Assembly (NCBI RefSeq): GCF_006345805.1
Contig: NC_043007.1
Location: forward strand, 13,330,001 to 13,394,000
From: Octopus sinensis
Taxonomy: Eukaryota
Reading direction: 5' to 3'
Length of the DNA stretch: 64,000 nt
The position numbers and the translations under genes were made by a program. The notes beneath the pieces are model-generated. The model was not told where the DNA came from and ran no database searches. It saw only the letters and a list, made by a program, of their open reading frames with translations. Below, piece after piece: positions 60,885 through 64,000 of the stretch. Position 1 is the stretch's first letter, and each line of letters begins with the position of its first letter.

Positions 60885-63624
60885 ATGTACATTTGTATGT
60901 ATTTATGTGTGTTTGTGTGTTTGGCTGCTGCCACTGCTTGACAACCTCTGTTGGTTTGTTTACACACTGACATAACTCAGCACTTTGGTAAAAGGGGGTT
61001 GATGGAGTAAGTAGCAGACCTAAAAAGAAAATGACAAGGAAAAAAGCACAGGAGGCTGCACCAGGCTCCAATCTGATCTGGCAAAGTTGCCAGCTGGATG
61101 CCTTTCCTGACGTCATCCACTCTGAGAGTGTAGTGGGCGCTTTTTACGTGCCACAGGCACGGGGACCAGTCAGGTGGCGCTGGCATCGACCATGCTCGAA
61201 TGGTGCTTTTTACATGCCACTGGAGACCTATTGAGTCAAGTACATCAACATTAAAAAATCAAATGGAAATTGTAGTTGTGATACCTGTGCCGATGGCACG
61301 TAAAATGCACCATCTGAAAGTGACCGATGCCAGCACCACCTTGACTGGCCCCCGTGCCGGTGGCATGTAAAAAGCACCAACCGATCGTGGACGTTGCCAG
61401 CCTCCCTTGGCCCCTGTGCCGGTGGCACGTAAAAAGTACCCACTACACTCTTGGAGTGGTTGGCGTTAGGAAGGGCATCCAACTGTAGAAACACTGCCAG
61501 ATCAAACTGGAGCCTGGTGCAGCCTCCTGGCTTCCCAGACCCCAATCGAACCGTCCAACCCATGCTAGCATGGAAAACAGACATTAAACAATGATGATGA
61601 TGGTAATATATGTTGAGTGTGTCATATAAATGAAGATTTCAATCTGTTGCCCCATTTAATATATTTTTCAATTGTGTGTTTTAAAATGAAAAGGAGAATT
61701 AATGTTCTCTCAGTTGAAGAATTTGTGATTTTCTTTCCTTTTATTTTTAACACTTTCATATCTTGCTACAGAATCCTGGTCCTGAGGTAGCAGCTAAATA
61801 TAATGGTCCCCATATGCTGAGCATTTGGAACCGGAATTATCGAATTCTTTCCAAAAGATTGCAGGAAAAGTCACCACTTAAAGAACGGCCGATTTTAAAG
61901 AATAAAGAAATTGTCACAGAGTTTAAAGTTACTCAACAACCACGAAAGCGACTCAGAAATGGTAAAGAATTTCTTTACTGGTTTTTTTTTTTTTGTATTT
62001 TGCCTGCTTTTATTTGTGTATTTGTTAATTTTTAGATTTGGCAGGTCTGAGATTAAATCGCTGGATTACTGACCACAAGGTTGGGGCTGGAGGATTTGGT
62101 GGTACGGCAAGCAAGGGCCGATAGAGTGTGATGGTATGGGTCTGTGTTGAGGAGGGATGAGGAGCATGTTCCAAGGAGGGTGCTTGAGCTTGAGGTAAAT
62201 GGACTGCGAAAGCGAGGTAGACTGAGGAAAACGTGGAAGAGGAGATTGGGAGGGTTGGCTTGAGAAGGGTGGACTCCGAAAACCAGGTGAGATGGTGTGA
62301 GAGCAGTTGCTATGGCATTGAGATAGATCTGACCACCCCCGTTAATGGGGACAAAACCTGGATTTAAAACACTGGATGATGATGGAGGTAATGAGTTCAA
62401 TCTCTAGCTCAAGAGACATTATATTATCGTTCAGTTTTTATTTGTTTTAGTCATTGGACTGTGGCCATGCTGGGGCACCACTTTGAAGTGTTGAACAAAT
62501 CAACTGCAGTACCTAATTTTGTATTATCACCCTGCTGACCAAAGTCTTGTGAATGGATTCTGTAGATGGAAGCTGAAAGCCCATACATCACATGATGGTT
62601 GCAAATGAGTAGCATCGTCATAAAAGCGAGGTTGTTTCGTTTCCGGTCTTCCATGGAAAACGTCTGGGCTGGGGAAAATATAATTTTGCTTGGACAAGTA
62701 TCCGGCTGTAGAAAATCTGCCTCAGCAAATTGTATCCGATCCATGCAGGCATGAAAAAGCGGACATTAAAACAATGAATACTTTCCATCATCATCATCAT
62801 TATCTTGCCCTTACTTGTGCCTTGGAGGGTAACTTTCTAGGTGCAATTCCATGGTCATTCATGATCGAAGGGGGTCTCCTCCTCCTGTTGTTATCATCAT
62901 CATCGTTATTATTATTAAAGGTGGCAAGCTGGCAGAATCGTTAGCATGCCGGGCAAAATGCTTAGCAGCATTTCGTCTAAGTTATGGGTTCAAATTTCGC
63001 TGAGGCCGATTTTGCCTTTTATCCTTTCAGGAGTTGATAAATTAAGTACCAGTTACGCTCTGGGGTCGATATAATCAACTAGTCCCCACCCCCAGGTCTT
63101 GTGCCTATAGTAGAAAAGATTATTATCATTATTATTATTGTTGTTATTGAGGTTATTGTTTTTTTTTTTGTAGTTGAAAATTGTTTGGAATCAAAGTCTG
63201 ATAACGAGTTATCACACATTTACTCTCCGGAAAGTCCCTCAGTGAAAAAGACAAAGCTACCTTCCAAAATCGAAGAGAATGCCTGCGTTACCGATGAATC
63301 TGTTGATATTCTGAGTTCTTTACTTGATGAGCAGGATGATGAGAGTTCCAATGATAAACCAACAAGAGACGAGAAGTGCCAGAAAACAGATTTCACTTCC
63401 ATTAAAGAAAGCAAAACGTCCTGTTTAGATCCAGACCAAAGCAGTGAAAACCAGAACCCTGATTCGATGCCAGTTTTAAGCAAGAAAAACTCTAGTCAAG
63501 TCGAAGAAGCAGCTAAGCAAACTGACATGAAACAGAAGTTAAATTCCACACATCAAAATAAGTTTGCTGTTTTCAAAGAAGTTTCAAAGAGATTTGATAT
63601 CAATGCGCCAAAAGTCCAAAGTCG
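45536..63624 (+). CDS. EXO1: Exonuclease 1 (XPG/FEN1 family), multi-exon gene span (continues beyond the right edge)
   Basis: Nine phase-compatible exons: MGITGLL...[12 protein letters not shown] (XPG-N domain), [19 protein letters not shown]...TEDSDLL (XPG-I domain), [22 protein letters not shown] (H3TH motif), then a disordered acidic region. Confidence 0.97.
47981..48100 (+). CDS. EXO1: EXO1 coding exon 2 (120 nt)
   Basis: TTTATAG acceptor; [39 protein letters not shown]; GTAAGT donor. Absent from the ORF track. Confidence 0.95.
49217..49377. repeat. Near-perfect palindrome, about 80-bp arms, 2-nt centre
   Basis: 49217-49296 pairs with 49299-49377, with one T-run length difference. Confidence 0.95.
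49639..49762 (+). CDS. EXO1: EXO1 coding exon 3 (124 nt)
   Basis: GATAG acceptor; [41 protein letters not shown]; GTAAGA donor. Confidence 0.95.
50413..50514 (+). pseudogene. 5S rRNA pseudogene, 3'-truncated (about the first 100 nt)
   Basis: GGCCATATCACGTTGAAAGCACCGGTT...GTCCGATCACCGA.GTTAAGCAAC.TCGAGC...GTTAGTACTT.GATGGGTGACCGC matches invertebrate 5S as recalled; the 3' strand of helix I is missing. Confidence 0.9.
50515..50575 (+). repeat. Perfect 61-nt inverted copy of EXO1 coding exon 1 (45632-45692)
   Basis: Base-by-base reverse complement of 45632-45692, 61/61 identical. Confidence 0.97.
53614..53751 (+). CDS. EXO1: EXO1 coding exon 4 (138 nt)
   Basis: AAACAG acceptor; [46 protein letters not shown]; GTAAGT donor. 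Confidence 0.97.
53822..54236. mobile_element. MITE family B copy
   Basis: TIR AGATCTTTTCGCTTTGACCGGCAG / CTGCCAGTCAAAGTGAAAAGATCC; TSD CGTTTTTC/CATTTTTC. Confidence 0.88.
54659..54874 (+). CDS. EXO1: EXO1 coding exon 5 (216 nt)
   Basis: TTGCAG acceptor; [11 protein letters not shown]...[38 protein letters not shown]; GTAATT donor. Confidence 0.97.
55603..55871. repeat. Perfect tandem repeat, 3 x 90 nt
   Basis: Identical units start at 55603, 55693 and 55783. Confidence 0.95.
56811..56998 (+). CDS. EXO1: EXO1 coding exon 6 (188 nt)
   Basis: TTGCAG acceptor; [62 protein letters not shown]; followed by a GTATCCTTT (U12-type) donor, phase 2. Confidence 0.96.
56999..57729 (+). other. U12-type (minor spliceosome) GT-AG intron in EXO1
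   Basis: 5' splice site GTATCCTTTG; branch-site-like TCCTTAAT at 57711-57718, 11 nt from the 3' end; no polypyrimidine tract. Confidence 0.92.
57361..57645 (-). mobile_element. CR1/L2-type LINE 3' end inside the U12 intron
   Basis: [10 protein letters not shown]...[21 protein letters not shown]...FK motif; (ATT)n tail. Confidence 0.85.
57730..57826 (+). CDS. EXO1: EXO1 coding exon 7 (97 nt)
   Basis: [32 protein letters not shown], matching the IALGN..I......NPD motif; GTAAGT donor. Absent from the ORF track. Confidence 0.92.
61772..61961 (+). CDS. EXO1: EXO1 coding exon 8 (190 nt)
   Basis: CTACAG acceptor; NPGPEV...LSIWNRNY...RKRLRN; GTAAAG donor, phase 1. SIW.RNY resembles the EXO1 linker motif. 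Confidence 0.85.
62085..62390 (+). mobile_element. Degenerate RTE-type LINE 3' fragment
   Basis: [35 protein letters not shown]; GATGAT tail. Confidence 0.8.
63174..63624 (+). CDS. EXO1: EXO1 coding exon 9 (451 nt)
   Basis: T-rich TGTAG acceptor; phase matches exon 8; [10 protein letters not shown]...NKFAVFK...KVQSR; GTAAGT donor, phase 2. Confidence 0.85.
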
Positions 63625-64000
63625 GTAAGTTCTGTTTTGTTCTTCACCCTTTTAGCCCACATGAGAATGTCCTTGATTCTACAATGCAAATTCCTTGTTT
63701 CAAAATGATCCTGATTAGAATCTTCCACCGAAATTTCCATCAGATTTCATTTATATTCCAAATGCCAGCTTAAGAATGACAAAGTGTTTTATGACATAAG
63801 GTGGCGAGCTGGCAGAAACATTAGCACGCCAGGCGAAATGCTCAGCGGTATTTCGTCTGCCGCTACGTTCTGAGTTCAAATTCCGCTGAGGTCGACTTTG
63901 CCTTTCATCCCTTCGGGGTCGATTAAATAAGTACCAGTTAGGCACTGGGGTAGATATAATTGACTTAATCCCTTTGTCTGTCCTTTTTTGTCCCTTCTGT

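Noticed and set aside
63101-63173. N-terminal poly-Ile part of the 175-aa ORF
   Set aside because: Intronic (ATT)n and T-rich tract; the real exon starts at 63174.

Overview
Eukaryotic, AT-rich and very repeat-dense genomic DNA. The SINE families, (TA)n/(CA)n load and mollusc-type 5S sequence suggest a coleoid cephalopod such as Octopus; this is inferred, not checked against a database. Three intron-rich genes were rebuilt by hand from splice sites and protein similarity. (1) Exportin-5 (XPO5), minus strand: ATG at 13916, six coding exons down to 1958, continuing off the left edge. (2) YIPF4, minus strand, complete: six exons, 40514-28487, 282 aa. (3) Exonuclease 1 (EXO1), plus strand: ATG at 45536, nine coding exons to 63624, continuing off the right edge, head-to-head with YIPF4. 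The rest is mostly tRNA-derived SINEs, fragments of RTE, CR1 and REL-type LINEs, MITEs, an internally deleted mariner, non-autonomous Helitrons and microsatellites. Most ORFs in the supplied track are repeat artefacts. Strongest unexplained signals: (a) a 5S rRNA fragment fused to a perfect 61-nt antisense copy of EXO1's own first coding exon, inside EXO1 intron 3, a candidate editing-complementary or Pol III antisense element; (b) an intact pre-tRNA-Glu fused to a SINE and flanked as one unit by a 16-bp target-site duplication, nested in two MITEs; (c) a complete minimal hammerhead ribozyme; (d) two near-perfect long palindromes in XPO5 and EXO1 introns; (e) a U12-type intron in EXO1.
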